Of a DNA stretch of 64,000 bases, positions 19,806 to 28,900 are shown in pieces. The first letter of the stretch is position 1, and each line of letters begins with the position of its first letter. This DNA is from an uncultured Solirubrobacterales bacterium (GTDB lineage: Bacteria > Actinomycetota > Thermoleophilia > Solirubrobacterales > Solirubrobacteraceae), in NCBI GenBank assembly GCA_963735885.1, contig CAVTMP010000010.1, positions 95,016 through 159,015 of the forward strand. Reading direction: 5' to 3'. Position numbers and translations under genes: made by a program. Under the pieces are notes generated by a model, which saw nothing but the letters and a program-made list of their open reading frames with translations, made no database searches and was not told the DNA's origin.

Positions 19806-20485
19806 GCGCCGCCCGTCGCGTCCTCGTCTGCGACGACGAGCCGCAGATCCTTCGGGCGCTCAAGGTCGTGCTGCGCGACGCGGGGTTCGAGGTCGTGCTG
19901 GCCGAGACGGCCGAGGAGGCGCTCGACCAGGCCGCCGTCAGGCCCCCCGATGCGGCCATCCTCGACCTCGTCCTCCCGGACGGCAGCGGCATCGAGGTCT
20001 GCCGTGCCCTGCGAGGGTGGACCGAGATGCCGATCCTCGTCCTCTCGGCCGTCGGCGAGGAGGACGAGAAGGTCCGGGCGCTGGAGGCGGGCGCCGACGA
20101 CTACGTGACCAAGCCGTTCGGGCCGCGTGAGCTGGTGGCGCGGCTCGAGGCGGCGCTGCGCCGCGCGGGCGCCGGCGCCGACGAGCCGGCGGTCGTCGTC
20201 GACGGCCTCGAGGTCGACCTCGCGGGGCGCACCGTTCGCGTCGACGGCGAGAGCGTCCACCTCACGCCGACGGAGTTCGAGCTGCTGCGCATGCTCCTCC
20301 GCCATCGCGGGCGCCTGCTCACCCACCGCACGCTGCTCGTCGAGGTGTGGGGACCGGAGTGGGCCGACGACACCCACACGCTGCGGACCCATATCGCCAA
20401 CCTCCGCGGCAAGATCGAGCCCGCGGGCGACGGGCCCCGGTACATCCGCACGGACCCGGGCGTCGGCTACCGCTTCGCCGCCTGA
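19802..20485 (+). CDS. kdpE: OmpR-family response regulator KdpE
   Basis: GTG at 19802. Receiver motifs VLVCDDE, DLVLPD and TKPF, plus a winged-helix output domain (LTPTEFELL...GVGYRF). Confidence 0.9.
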   Translation: MSAARRVLVCDDEPQILRALKVVLRDAGFEVVLAETAEEALDQAAVRPPDAAILDLVLPDGSGIEVCRALRGWTEMPILVLSAVGEEDEKVRALEAGADDYVTKPFGPRELVARLEAALRRAGAGADEPAVVVDGLEVDLAGRTVRVDGESVHLTPTEFELLRMLLRHRGRLLTHRTLLVEVWGPEWADDTHTLRTHIANLRGKIEPAGDGPRYIRTDPGVGYRFAA

Positions 20486-20510
20486 TCGCGCTCCCGCCCC
20501 GGGAGGGCGG

Positions 20511-20562
20511 TCTTGACGCGATCTTGACGCCACGGGTGCAAACCCGGGCGCGGCCTTGACGA
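20511..20562 (+). promoter_or_regulatory. Candidate KdpE operator / internal promoter: TCTTGACGC direct repeats at 11-bp phase plus a third CTTGACG
   Basis: TCTTGACGC at 20511-20519 and again at 20522-20530. CTTGACGA at 20555-20562, 22 nt before the ATG at 20584. A small hairpin after the kdpE stop precedes the repeats. Confidence 0.4.
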
Positions 20563-20583
20563 TGCCGCGACCACACTGGCGTC

Positions 20584-20664
20584 ATGGACATCCTCGCCGC
20601 CGCCCTCGCCGTCGCGTTCTTCGCGCTGATGCTGGTCTTCATCGAGGGTCTCAACAAGGTATGA
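20584..20664 (+). CDS. 26-aa hydrophobic micro-ORF translationally coupled to kdpF
   Basis: MDILAAALAVAFFALMLVFIEGLNKV. 23 of the 25 sense codons after the ATG end in G/C. Its stop overlaps the kdpF ATG (ATGA at 20661-20664). It is below the ORF-track length cutoff. Confidence 0.55.
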   Translation: MDILAAALAVAFFALMLVFIEGLNKV

Positions 20665-20750
20665 GCACCGCCGACGCCATCGGGCTCGCGGTCTCCGCCG
20701 CCGTCTTCGCCTACCTCGTCTTCGCGCTGCTGCGCGGGGAGCGCCTCTAG
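20661..20750 (+). CDS. kdpF: K+-transporting ATPase subunit F
   Basis: 29-aa product MSTADAIGLAVSAAVFAYLVFALLRGERL, similar to the C-terminal YLVYALINAE of E. coli KdpF. It sits immediately upstream of kdpA. Confidence 0.8.
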   Translation: MSTADAIGLAVSAAVFAYLVFALLRGERL

Positions 20751-20754
20751 CGCC

Positions 20755-22488
20755 ATGTCGTTCGCGGGCTGGGCCCAGATCGTCCTCTTCCTCGCCGTGC
20801 TCACGGCGCTGACGCCGCTGATCGGCGCCTACATGGCGCGCGTCTACCAGGGCGAGCGGCTGCTGCTGGCGCCCGTGCTCGGCCCGCTCGAGCGCCTCGT
20901 CTACCGCGGGCTCGGCCCCGCGGCGCGAACCGACCAGGACTGGAAGGGCTACGCGCGCTCGCTGCTCGCGTTCAGCGTCGCGTCCTGGTTCGGCCTCTAC
21001 CTCGTTCTCCGCCTGCAGGGGAGCCTGCCGTGGAACCCGGAGGGCTTCGGAGCGATGCCGTGGGACGTGACGTTCAACACGACCTCGTCGTTCGTCACGA
21101 ACACGAACTGGCAGTACTACGCCGGCGAGACCACGCTCTCCTACTTCAGCCAGATGGCCGGGCTCGCGGTGCAGAACTTCGTCTCCGCGGCGGTCGGCAT
21201 GGCCGCCGTGGTCGCCGTGATCCGCGGCATCGTGCGGCGCGGCGGAAGCGGGCTCGGCAACTTCTGGGTCGACCTCACCCGGACGCTGCTCTACGTCCTG
21301 CTGCCGATCGCGCTCGTCGCGGCGGTCTTCCTCGTCTCGCAGGGGACGCTCCAGACGCTGGCCGGCTACGTCGACCTGAAGACCGTCACCGGCGGGTCGC
21401 AGACGCTGGCGCTCGGGCCCGTCGCCTCCCAGGAGGCGATCAAGGAGCTCGGCACCAACGGCGGCGGCTTCTTCAACGTCAACTCGGCGATGCCGTTCGA
21501 GAACCCGACCGGCCTGACGAACTTCGTCGAGCTGCTGCTCATCCTCGTCATCCCCGCGGGGCTCACCGCGACCTTCGGCCGGATGATCGGCAGCCGCCGC
21601 CAGGGCTGGGCCCTCTACGCGGCGATGCTCGCGATGTTCGTCGTCGGGGTGGCCGTGGTCTACGCCGCGGAGGCGCACGGGTCGCCGGCCCAGCACGCGG
21701 CGCAGATCGCGGGGGCGAACCTCGAGGGCAAGGAGCAGCGGTTCGGGACCTCGGCCTCGTCGCTCTGGGTCGCGGTCACCACCGTGACCTCGTGCGGCGC
21801 CGTGAACGCCGCGATGGAGTCGCTCACGGGGATCGGCGCGACGGTGCCGCTGGCCAACATGGGGACCGGCGAGGTGGTCTTCGGCGGCGTCGGCACCGGC
21901 CTGCTCTCGATGCTGCTCTTCGTCCTGCTCGCCGTGTTCATCGCCGGCCTGATGGTCGGCCGCACGCCCGAGTTCCTCGGCAAGAAGGTCGAGGCTCGGG
22001 AGATCAAGCTCGTGATGATCGGAACGCTCGCGATGCCGCTGATCGTGCTCGGCGCCGTCTCGCTCGCGGTCGCGACGAAGTACGGCGCGCCGTCGAACTT
22101 CGCCTCCGGGCCGCAGGGATTCGCCGAGACGCTCTACGCCTACATGTCGCAGGCGAACAACAACGGCTCCGCCTTCGCCGGCTACACCGGGTTCGTCCAG
22201 CCGAACGCGCCGGGCAACGCCGGCAGCTTCGGGATCACCTTCGCCGACCTGCTCGGCGGCTTCGCCATGCTCTTCGGCCGCTTCGTCCCCATCCTCGCGG
22301 GGCTCGCCGTCGCCGGGGGCCTCGCCGGCAAGCGCGTGGCCCCGGCCGGGCCGGGCACGATGCGGACCGACACGCCGACCTTCGTCGCGCTGCTCATCGG
22401 CACGATCCTCCTGCTGGCGCTGCTCACCTTCGTCCCCGCCCTGCTCCTCGGCCCCGTCGTCCAGGGCCTGACCGACCAGCTCTTCTGA
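20755..22488 (+). CDS. kdpA: K+-transporting ATPase subunit A
   Basis: Intact 577-aa polytopic ORF with KdpA blocks (NTNWQYYAGE, ELGTNGGGFF, NNGSAFAG). Confidence 0.95.
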   Translation: MSFAGWAQIVLFLAVLTALTPLIGAYMARVYQGERLLLAPVLGPLERLVYRGLGPAARTDQDWKGYARSLLAFSVASWFGLYLVLRLQGSLPWNPEGFGAMPWDVTFNTTSSFVTNTNWQYYAGETTLSYFSQMAGLAVQNFVSAAVGMAAVVAVIRGIVRRGGSGLGNFWVDLTRTLLYVLLPIALVAAVFLVSQGTLQTLAGYVDLKTVTGGSQTLALGPVASQEAIKELGTNGGGFFNVNSAMPFENPTGLTNFVELLLILVIPAGLTATFGRMIGSRRQGWALYAAMLAMFVVGVAVVYAAEAHGSPAQHAAQIAGANLEGKEQRFGTSASSLWVAVTTVTSCGAVNAAMESLTGIGATVPLANMGTGEVVFGGVGTGLLSMLLFVLLAVFIAGLMVGRTPEFLGKKVEAREIKLVMIGTLAMPLIVLGAVSLAVATKYGAPSNFASGPQGFAETLYAYMSQANNNGSAFAGYTGFVQPNAPGNAGSFGITFADLLGGFAMLFGRFVPILAGLAVAGGLAGKRVAPAGPGTMRTDTPTFVALLIGTILLLALLTFVPALLLGPVVQGLTDQLF

Positions 22489-23141
22489 TGGGACGGGAGA
22501 TCCGCGCCGCCGTCGTCGCCGTCGTGGCCTTCACGGTCCTCCTCGGCCTGGCCTACCCGCTGCTCGTCACGGGCATCGGCGAGGTCGTCTTCCCCGGCGC
22601 CGCCGACGGCAGCCGCGTGAGCGCCGGCGGTCGCGAGGTCGGCTCGCGACTGATCGGGCAGGACTTCCGCCGCCCGGTGCTCGGCCGCGACGGGAAGCCC
22701 AAGCAGGACGCCGACGGCAACCCGGTCCTCGTCGCCGACCGGCGCTACTTCCAGAGCCGGCCCTCCTCGACGGACTACAACGCCGCCGGCACCGCGTTCT
22801 CGAACCTCGGCCCGAACTCGAAGGACCTGCGCGACCAGCTGGACGCCAACGCCGCCGCGTACCTCGTCCTCGAGCGGCCCTACAACCCCGGTCTGACCCG
22901 GAAGGGGATCCCCGGGGACGCGGTCTTCACCTCCGCCTCGAGCGTCGACCCGCACATCTCCTCCGCCAACGCGCGGATCCAGGCCCGGCGCGTCGCGGCG
23001 CGCCGCCGCCTCGACCTCGCGCGGGTCCTCGCGCTCGTCGACGACCACACCGACGGCCGCGGGCTCGGCGTGCTCGGCGAGCCCGGCGTCAACGTGCTCG
23101 AGCTCAACCTCGCCCTCGACCGGGAGACGGGATCCCGATGA
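22488..23141 (+). CDS. kdpC: K+-transporting ATPase subunit C
   Basis: Its ATG overlaps the kdpA stop (TGATG). Motifs GSRLIGQDF, YFQSRPS, SASSVDPHIS and VNVLELNLALD match KdpC. It is located between kdpA and kdpB. Confidence 0.9.
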   Translation: MGREIRAAVVAVVAFTVLLGLAYPLLVTGIGEVVFPGAADGSRVSAGGREVGSRLIGQDFRRPVLGRDGKPKQDADGNPVLVADRRYFQSRPSSTDYNAAGTAFSNLGPNSKDLRDQLDANAAAYLVLERPYNPGLTRKGIPGDAVFTSASSVDPHISSANARIQARRVAARRRLDLARVLALVDDHTDGRGLGVLGEPGVNVLELNLALDRETGSR

Positions 23142-25203
23142 CCGACCAGCCCCGGCGCAGCCTCTTCGAGCGCGCCATCCTCGCTCCCCGCGCTGCTCGA
23201 CTCGCTCCGCAAACTCGACCCGCGGACGCTCGCGCGCAACCCCGTGATGTTCGTCGTCGAGATCGGCGCCGTCCTCACCTCGCTGATCTGGATCCTCGAC
23301 GTCGCCGGCGTGAGCGTGTCCGGCGCCGGCGACGACCCGGCGTGGTACGTCGTCACGGTCGCGGTGTGGCTGTGGCTGACCGTGCTCTTCGGCAACTTCG
23401 CCGAGGCGATCGCCGAAGGTCGCGGGAAGGCCCAGGCCGCGACGCTCCGCGCCATGCGCACCGACACGATCGCCCGGATGCAGGACGGCACCGAGCGCCC
23501 GGCCGGCGAGCTGCGCCGCGGCGACCTCGTCGTGGTCGAGGCGGGCGAGCTGATCCCCGGCGATGGCACCGTGGTCGAGGGCATCGCCTCGGTCGACGAG
23601 TCCGCGATCACCGGCGAGTCCGCCCCGGTGATCCGGGAGGCCGGTGGGGACCGCAGCGCGGTGACGGGCGGCACCCGCGTCCTCTCCGACCGCGTCGTCG
23701 TCGAGATCACCCAGGAGCCCGGCCAGAGCTTCCTCGACCGGATGATCGCGCTCGTCGAGGGCGCAGACCGCCGGAAGACGCCGAACGAGATCGCCCTCGG
23801 CATCCTGCTGGCCGGGCTGACGATCGTCTTCCTGCTCGTCGTCGTGGCGCTGCGCCCGTTCGGGGAGCAGGCCGGCACGCTCGTCTCCGATCGCGACGCT
23901 GATCTCCCTGCTCGTCGCGCTCATCCCCACGACGATCGGAGCGCTGCTCTCGGCGATCGGGATCGCGGGCATGGACCGCCTCGTGCGCCGCAACGTGCTC
24001 GCGCTGTCCGGCCGCGCCGTCGAGGCCTCGGGGGACGTCGACGTGCTGCTGCTGGACAAGACCGGCACGATCACGCTCGGCAACCGCGAGGCGACGTCGT
24101 TCATCCCCATGCCGGGCGTGACCGAGGCCGAGCTGGCCGAGGCCGCCCAGCTCGCCTCGCTGGCCGACGAGACGCCCGAGGGGCGCTCGATCGTCGTATT
24201 GGCCAAGCAGTACGGGATCCGCGAGCACGCCCTCGCCCCCGGGCACGCCGAGTTCATCCCGTTCACGGCCCAAACGCGGATGAGCGGGGTCGACTTCGGC
24301 GGGCACCGCCTGCGCAAGGGGGCCGGCGACGCCGTGGAGCGCTTCGTCGCCGAGGGCGGTGGCTCACCGCCGCCCGAGCTGCGCGTGGCCCTCGACCGTG
24401 TCGCCGCGGAGGGCGGGACCCCGCTCGCGGTCGCCCGAGACGAGCACGCGCTCGGCGTCGTCTACCTCAAGGACGTGGTCAAGGAGGGGATGCGCCACCG
24501 GTTCGACCAGCTCCGAGCCATGGGCATCCGCACCGTCATGGTGACCGGCGACAATCGCCTCACCGCGGCGAAGATCGGCGACGAGGCGGGCGTCGACGAC
24601 GTCCTCGCCGAGGCCACCCCCGAGGCCAAGATGGCGCTGATCAAGCGCGAGCAGGACGAGGGCCGGATGGTGGCGATGACCGGCGACGGGACGAACGACG
24701 CGCCGGCACTGGCGCAGTCCGACGTCGGCGTGGCGATGAACACCGGCACCCAGGCAGCCCGCGAGGCGGGGAACATGGTCGATCTCGACTCGAACCCGAC
24801 GAAGCTCATCGAGATCGTCGAGGTCGGCAAGCAGCTGCTCATCACCCGCGGCGCGCTGACCACGTTCTCGATCGCCAACGACGTCGCGAAGTACTTCGCG
24901 ATCCTGCCGGCGATCTTCGCCACCACCTACGCCGCCGCCGGCGCGACCGACGGCCCGCTCGACGCGCTGAACGTGATGAACCTCGGCAGCCCGCGCTCGG
25001 CGATCATCTCGGCGATCATCTTCAACGCGCTGGTCATCCCGGCGCTCATTCCCCTCGCGCTGCGCGGCGTCCGCTATCGGGCGTCCGGCGCCACTCTCCT
25101 GCTGCGCCGCAACCTCCTGATCTACGGGCTCGGCGGGCTGATCGTCCCGTTCGTGGGCATCAAGCTCGTCGACCTCGTCGTCCACAACCTCCTTGGCGCA
25201 TGA
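23138..25203 (+). pseudogene. kdpB: K+-transporting P-type ATPase subunit B, two frame changes as sequenced
   Basis: Three frames are needed. First, 23138.. ([15 protein letters not shown]). Second, the 23244 frame ([24 protein letters not shown]...[14 protein letters not shown]...). Third, the 23971 frame ([17 protein letters not shown]...DKTGTIT...TGDNRLTA...[10 protein letters not shown]). The junctions lie near 23196-23199 (a C-run) and near 23889. Confidence 0.9.
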
Positions 25204-25565
25204 ACCCCGTCGCACGGCCCGTCCTGGACCTCGTGCGCCACGCGGAGCGGCGGCAGCTCGCCCGCGGGCTGGAGGCCGCCGTGGCGGCGGCCGAGCGCCC
25301 GCGGGAGATCGGCTCGCGGGTCCCCGTCGCCACCCGCGCCGTGCGCTACGCGCGCCCCGTGCTCGTCGACCTGGCGCAGCGGCTGCGCGACGACACGCCG
25401 ATCGCCCCGCAGGGCCTCGCCGGCGTCCGGACCCTGCTCACGGACGGGGAGGGGCCGCTCTACCGCGGAGGCGAGGACGTCAGCGATCTGCGCTCGGCCG
25501 CCCTGAACGCGCTCCACGCGCTCGACGCCCCGGCAACCGGCGCGACGTCGAGGCGCGCAACCTGA
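25200..25565 (+). CDS. Hypothetical soluble protein (121 aa) embedded in the kdp operon
   Basis: Its ATG overlaps the kdpB stop (ATGA). Almost every codon ends in G/C. No recognisable motif ([28 protein letters not shown]...). Confidence 0.6.
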   Translation: MNPVARPVLDLVRHAERRQLARGLEAAVAAAERPREIGSRVPVATRAVRYARPVLVDLAQRLRDDTPIAPQGLAGVRTLLTDGEGPLYRGGEDVSDLRSAALNALHALDAPATGATSRRAT

Positions 25566-25602
25566 TCCGGCGGGCGGACACGCCACCCGCGATCATCCCG
25601 CT

Positions 25603-26712
25603 ATGCCGCGCGGACGCCACAAGGTCTTCCTCGGGATGGCGGCCGGGGTCGGCAAGACCTACAAGATGCTCCAGGAGGGCCGGGCGGAGCTCGCCGCGGG
25701 CCGCGACGTCGTGGTCGGCTACCTCGAGGCGCACGGCCGCGAGGAGACGGCGGCCCAGGCCGCCGGCCTGGAGGCGGTGCCCCGGCGGCGCGTGGTGTAC
25801 CGCGAGACCGCGCTCGAGGAGATGGACCTGCCCCGGATCCTCGAGCGGATGCCGGAGCTCTGCCTGATCGACGAGCTCGCTCACACCAACGCGCCGGGCC
25901 TGGAGCACGACAAGCGCTTCGAGGACGTCGAGGACGTGCTCGACGCCGGCATCGACGTGTTCTCGACGCTCAACGTGCAGCACCTCGAGAGCCTCAACGA
26001 CCGCGTGGCCGAGCTGACCTCCACGGTCGTCCGCGAGACGATCCCCGACGCGATCGTCGGCGCCGCCGACGAGATCGTGCTCGTCGACCTCACGCCCGAG
26101 ACGCTCATCGACCGACTGCGCGCGGGAAAGGTCTATTCCGCCGAGCGGGTCCCGGCGGCGCTGAACAACTTCTTCAAGATCGAGAACCTCGCGTCGCTCC
26201 GCGAGGTCGCGCTGCGACAGGTGGCCGAGGACGTCGAGGCGAAGCGCTTCGTCCGCGACGCCGGGCCCGACCGCGACGAGCGGCTCTTCACCCAGGCGGC
26301 GCCCGAGGCGATCGCCGAGCGCGTGCTCGCCCTCGTCGCCCTGCGCCCGCGGTCCCAGCGGGTCGTGCGGCGCGCATGGCGCTCGGCGCAGCGTCTCGGC
26401 GCCGACCTCGACCTGCTCGTCGTGCGGCCCGCGTCGCAGGAGGCGACGGCCGAAGAGCGCGATCAGATGGAGGCGCTCCGGCGCCTCGCCGCGATGCTCG
26501 GCGCCCGCGTCATCCTCGAGGAGGGGGACGACGTCGCCGACGTCGCGGTCCGGGTGGCTCGGGAACGCGGCACGACCTACCTCATCATGGGCACGCCGGC
26601 GCGGCGCGGCGGCCTGCGCCGGCTCGCCGAGCCGCTGCCCATGCGGCTCGTGCGCGCGCTCCCGGGCGTGGACGTCCGCATCGTCGCCGACCGCGCGGAG
26701 CGCGAGCCGTGA
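25603..26712 (+). CDS. Stand-alone KdpD N-terminal sensor domain + Usp domain protein
   Basis: KVFLGMAAGVGKTYKML (P-loop-like KdpD_N, PF02702 type) and DELAHTN, then a Usp-like C-terminal half. There is no TM or kinase domain. Confidence 0.85.
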   Translation: MPRGRHKVFLGMAAGVGKTYKMLQEGRAELAAGRDVVVGYLEAHGREETAAQAAGLEAVPRRRVVYRETALEEMDLPRILERMPELCLIDELAHTNAPGLEHDKRFEDVEDVLDAGIDVFSTLNVQHLESLNDRVAELTSTVVRETIPDAIVGAADEIVLVDLTPETLIDRLRAGKVYSAERVPAALNNFFKIENLASLREVALRQVAEDVEAKRFVRDAGPDRDERLFTQAAPEAIAERVLALVALRPRSQRVVRRAWRSAQRLGADLDLLVVRPASQEATAEERDQMEALRRLAAMLGARVILEEGDDVADVAVRVARERGTTYLIMGTPARRGGLRRLAEPLPMRLVRALPGVDVRIVADRAEREP

Positions 26713-27263
26713 CGCAGGCGCTCGCGCTCGCGGCGGGGCTCGCCGCCGGCGTGGCGCTCACTCTCGCGGTCGTGCTCGTTCGCCGCCGCATCGGGCTCGG
26801 ACGGCGCGCGCGGCGAATCGCCTTCCCGTTCGTGGGCGCGGCCCTCTCCGAGCGCGCCCTGGCCGCGGCCCTGCGGCTCGCCAGGGCCGAGCACGCGACG
26901 CTGGTCCCGATCTACCTCGTCGCCGTCCCCCGCCACCTCCCGCTCGACTGCGCCCAGCCACGGGAGGCCGAGGTCGCCTTCGCGCTGCTCGAGGCCGTCG
27001 AGCGGCGGGCCCGCCGGGCGGAGGTGCCGGTCGACGCCCGGGTCGAGCGGGGGCGCTCGGTCCGCCACGCCCTGCGCGCGGTCGCCGAGCACGAGCGGTT
27101 CGAGCGCATGGTCGTGGCCGCGGCCGGCGACGGAAGCGACGGGTTCTCCGCCGCGGACGTCGCCTGGCTGCTCGACCAGGTGCCGGAGGAGGTGCTCGTC
27201 GTGCGCCCGGCGCGGGCGCCGGGCGCCGGCGACGGGTCGGACGCGGGCGAGGAGGCCGCCTGA
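26709..27263 (+). CDS. Membrane-anchored universal stress protein (Usp)-like protein
   Basis: Its GTG overlaps the upstream stop (GTGA). One N-terminal TM helix (LALAAGLAAGVALTLAVVLV), then a Usp-like alpha/beta domain. Confidence 0.6.
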   Translation: MTQALALAAGLAAGVALTLAVVLVRRRIGLGRRARRIAFPFVGAALSERALAAALRLARAEHATLVPIYLVAVPRHLPLDCAQPREAEVAFALLEAVERRARRAEVPVDARVERGRSVRHALRAVAEHERFERMVVAAAGDGSDGFSAADVAWLLDQVPEEVLVVRPARAPGAGDGSDAGEEAA

Positions 27264-27336
27264 GAACCGCGTTCCCGTGCCGCGAGTGGACACGGCCCCG
27301 GCGCCGAGCTCAGCGCTCGGCCCGCTCCGAGCCGGC

Positions 27337-28900
27337 TCACCGCTCGGCCGGATCCGGCGCCCCCCAGCCCCCGCCGCCCGGGGTGCGGATCTCCAGCACG
27401 TCGCCCGCCGCGAGCGCCTGGCTCGCCTTCGGCGGCAGCGGCGCCCCGTTCAGCGCGTTCGCTCCCGCCCGGCCCGGCCCGCCGCCGGCGGCGCCCGCGG
27501 GCCGGTGGCGCCGGCGGTCGGTGAGCAGCGAGAGCGCGACCGGCTCGAGCACGCGGATCGACCGCGACGATGCCGTCGCCGCCGCGGTGCGCGCCCGCGC
27601 CGCCGCTGCCGTCGGCGAGCTCGTACGCGCTCGACCCGCAGCGGGATACTCGAGCTCGAGCGCCTCGACCGGCGTGTTGAGCGTGTTGGTCATCCCGACG
27701 TGCACGCCGGAGGGCCCCGGCCCGCGGGCGCTCGCGCCCTGGCCGCCGCCGATCGTCTCGTAGTAGGTCCACCCCGCGCCGCCGAGCACGACGTTGTTCA
27801 TCGTGCCCTGGCCCTGCGGCGGGCAGGTCGACCGCCTCGGCCAGCGCGACCAGCACCGTGTCGGCGATGCGCTGGGAGGTCTCGACGTTGCCGGCCACGA
27901 CGGCGGCCGGGCGCCGGGCGTTCACCAGCGAGGCCGGGTCCGGCGCGCGATCTCGAGCGGCGCGTAGGTCCCGGCGTTCGCCGGCACGTCGGACGGCAGG
28001 AGCGACGCGCAGGGCGAAGTAGCAGGCCGACCGGGTGACGGCGAGCGGGCAGTTGACGTTCCCGGCCACCTGTGGCGCGCGTGCCGGTGAAGTCGACCCG
28101 CATCGCGTCGCCGGCGATCGTGACCGCGACCGCGAGCGGGATGTCGCGTCGCTCGACCCCGTCGCCCTCGATCTCGCCGGCCGCCCGCCAGGTCGCCGTC
28201 CGGCAGCGCGCGCGACCGCCTCGCGCGCGCGTCGCTCGGCGTACGCGGAGCACCTCGGCGCAGCCGGCGCGCAGCACCGTCCTCCGCCCACGCCGGCCGG
28301 CGAGCTCGCGCCAGGCGTCGAGCGGCGAGCCGGTTCGCGGCGACCTGCGCCAGCAGGTCGCCGCGGCGCAGCTCGCGGCGTGCGGACGTTCGCCAGCATG
28401 AGGTCGAGCAGGTCCTCGCCCACGAATCCGCGCGCGTCGGCGAGCCGGATCGGCGGGATGACGAGCCCCTCCTGGTAGATCTCGCGGGAGTCCGCGGGCA
28501 TCGACCCGGGGCGCATGCCGCCGACGTCGGAGTGGTGGGCGCGCGTGACCGCGTAGGCCAGCCGCGCGCGATCCCCCTCGACCGGCGAGACGAGGGTGAG
28601 GTCGGGCAGGTGCGTGCCGCCGGTGTAGGGGTCGTTGAGCACGAAGACGTCGCCGGGCGCCGGGTCGCGGGCCATCACGGCCGCCACCGCCTCGGGCATC
28701 GCGCCGAGGTGGACGGGGATGTGCTCGGCCTGGGCGACGAGGCGTCCCTCGCCGTCGAACAGCGCCGCCGAGCAGTCGCGGCGCTCCTTGATGTTCGACG
28801 AGTAGGCGCCGCGGACGAGCAGGGCGCCCATCTCCTCGGCGATGCCCGCGAGCGCCGCGGCGAGCACCGACAGGGTGACGGGGTCGACGCCGGCGCTCAT
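27337..28900 (-). pseudogene. hyuB: Hydantoinase B/oxoprolinase family subunit, many frame changes as sequenced
   Basis: The start MSAGVDPVTLSVL... at 28900 overlaps the hyuA stop (ATGA). Conserved blocks (NIKERRDCS, HLGAMP, DPYTGGTHLPD, VDFTGT, NCPLAVTRSA, AGNVETSQRI, TMNN, YYETIGGGQGA, MTNTLNTPVEALE, GSGGAGAHRGGDG, TPGGGGWG) are spread over all three frames. Confidence 0.85.
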
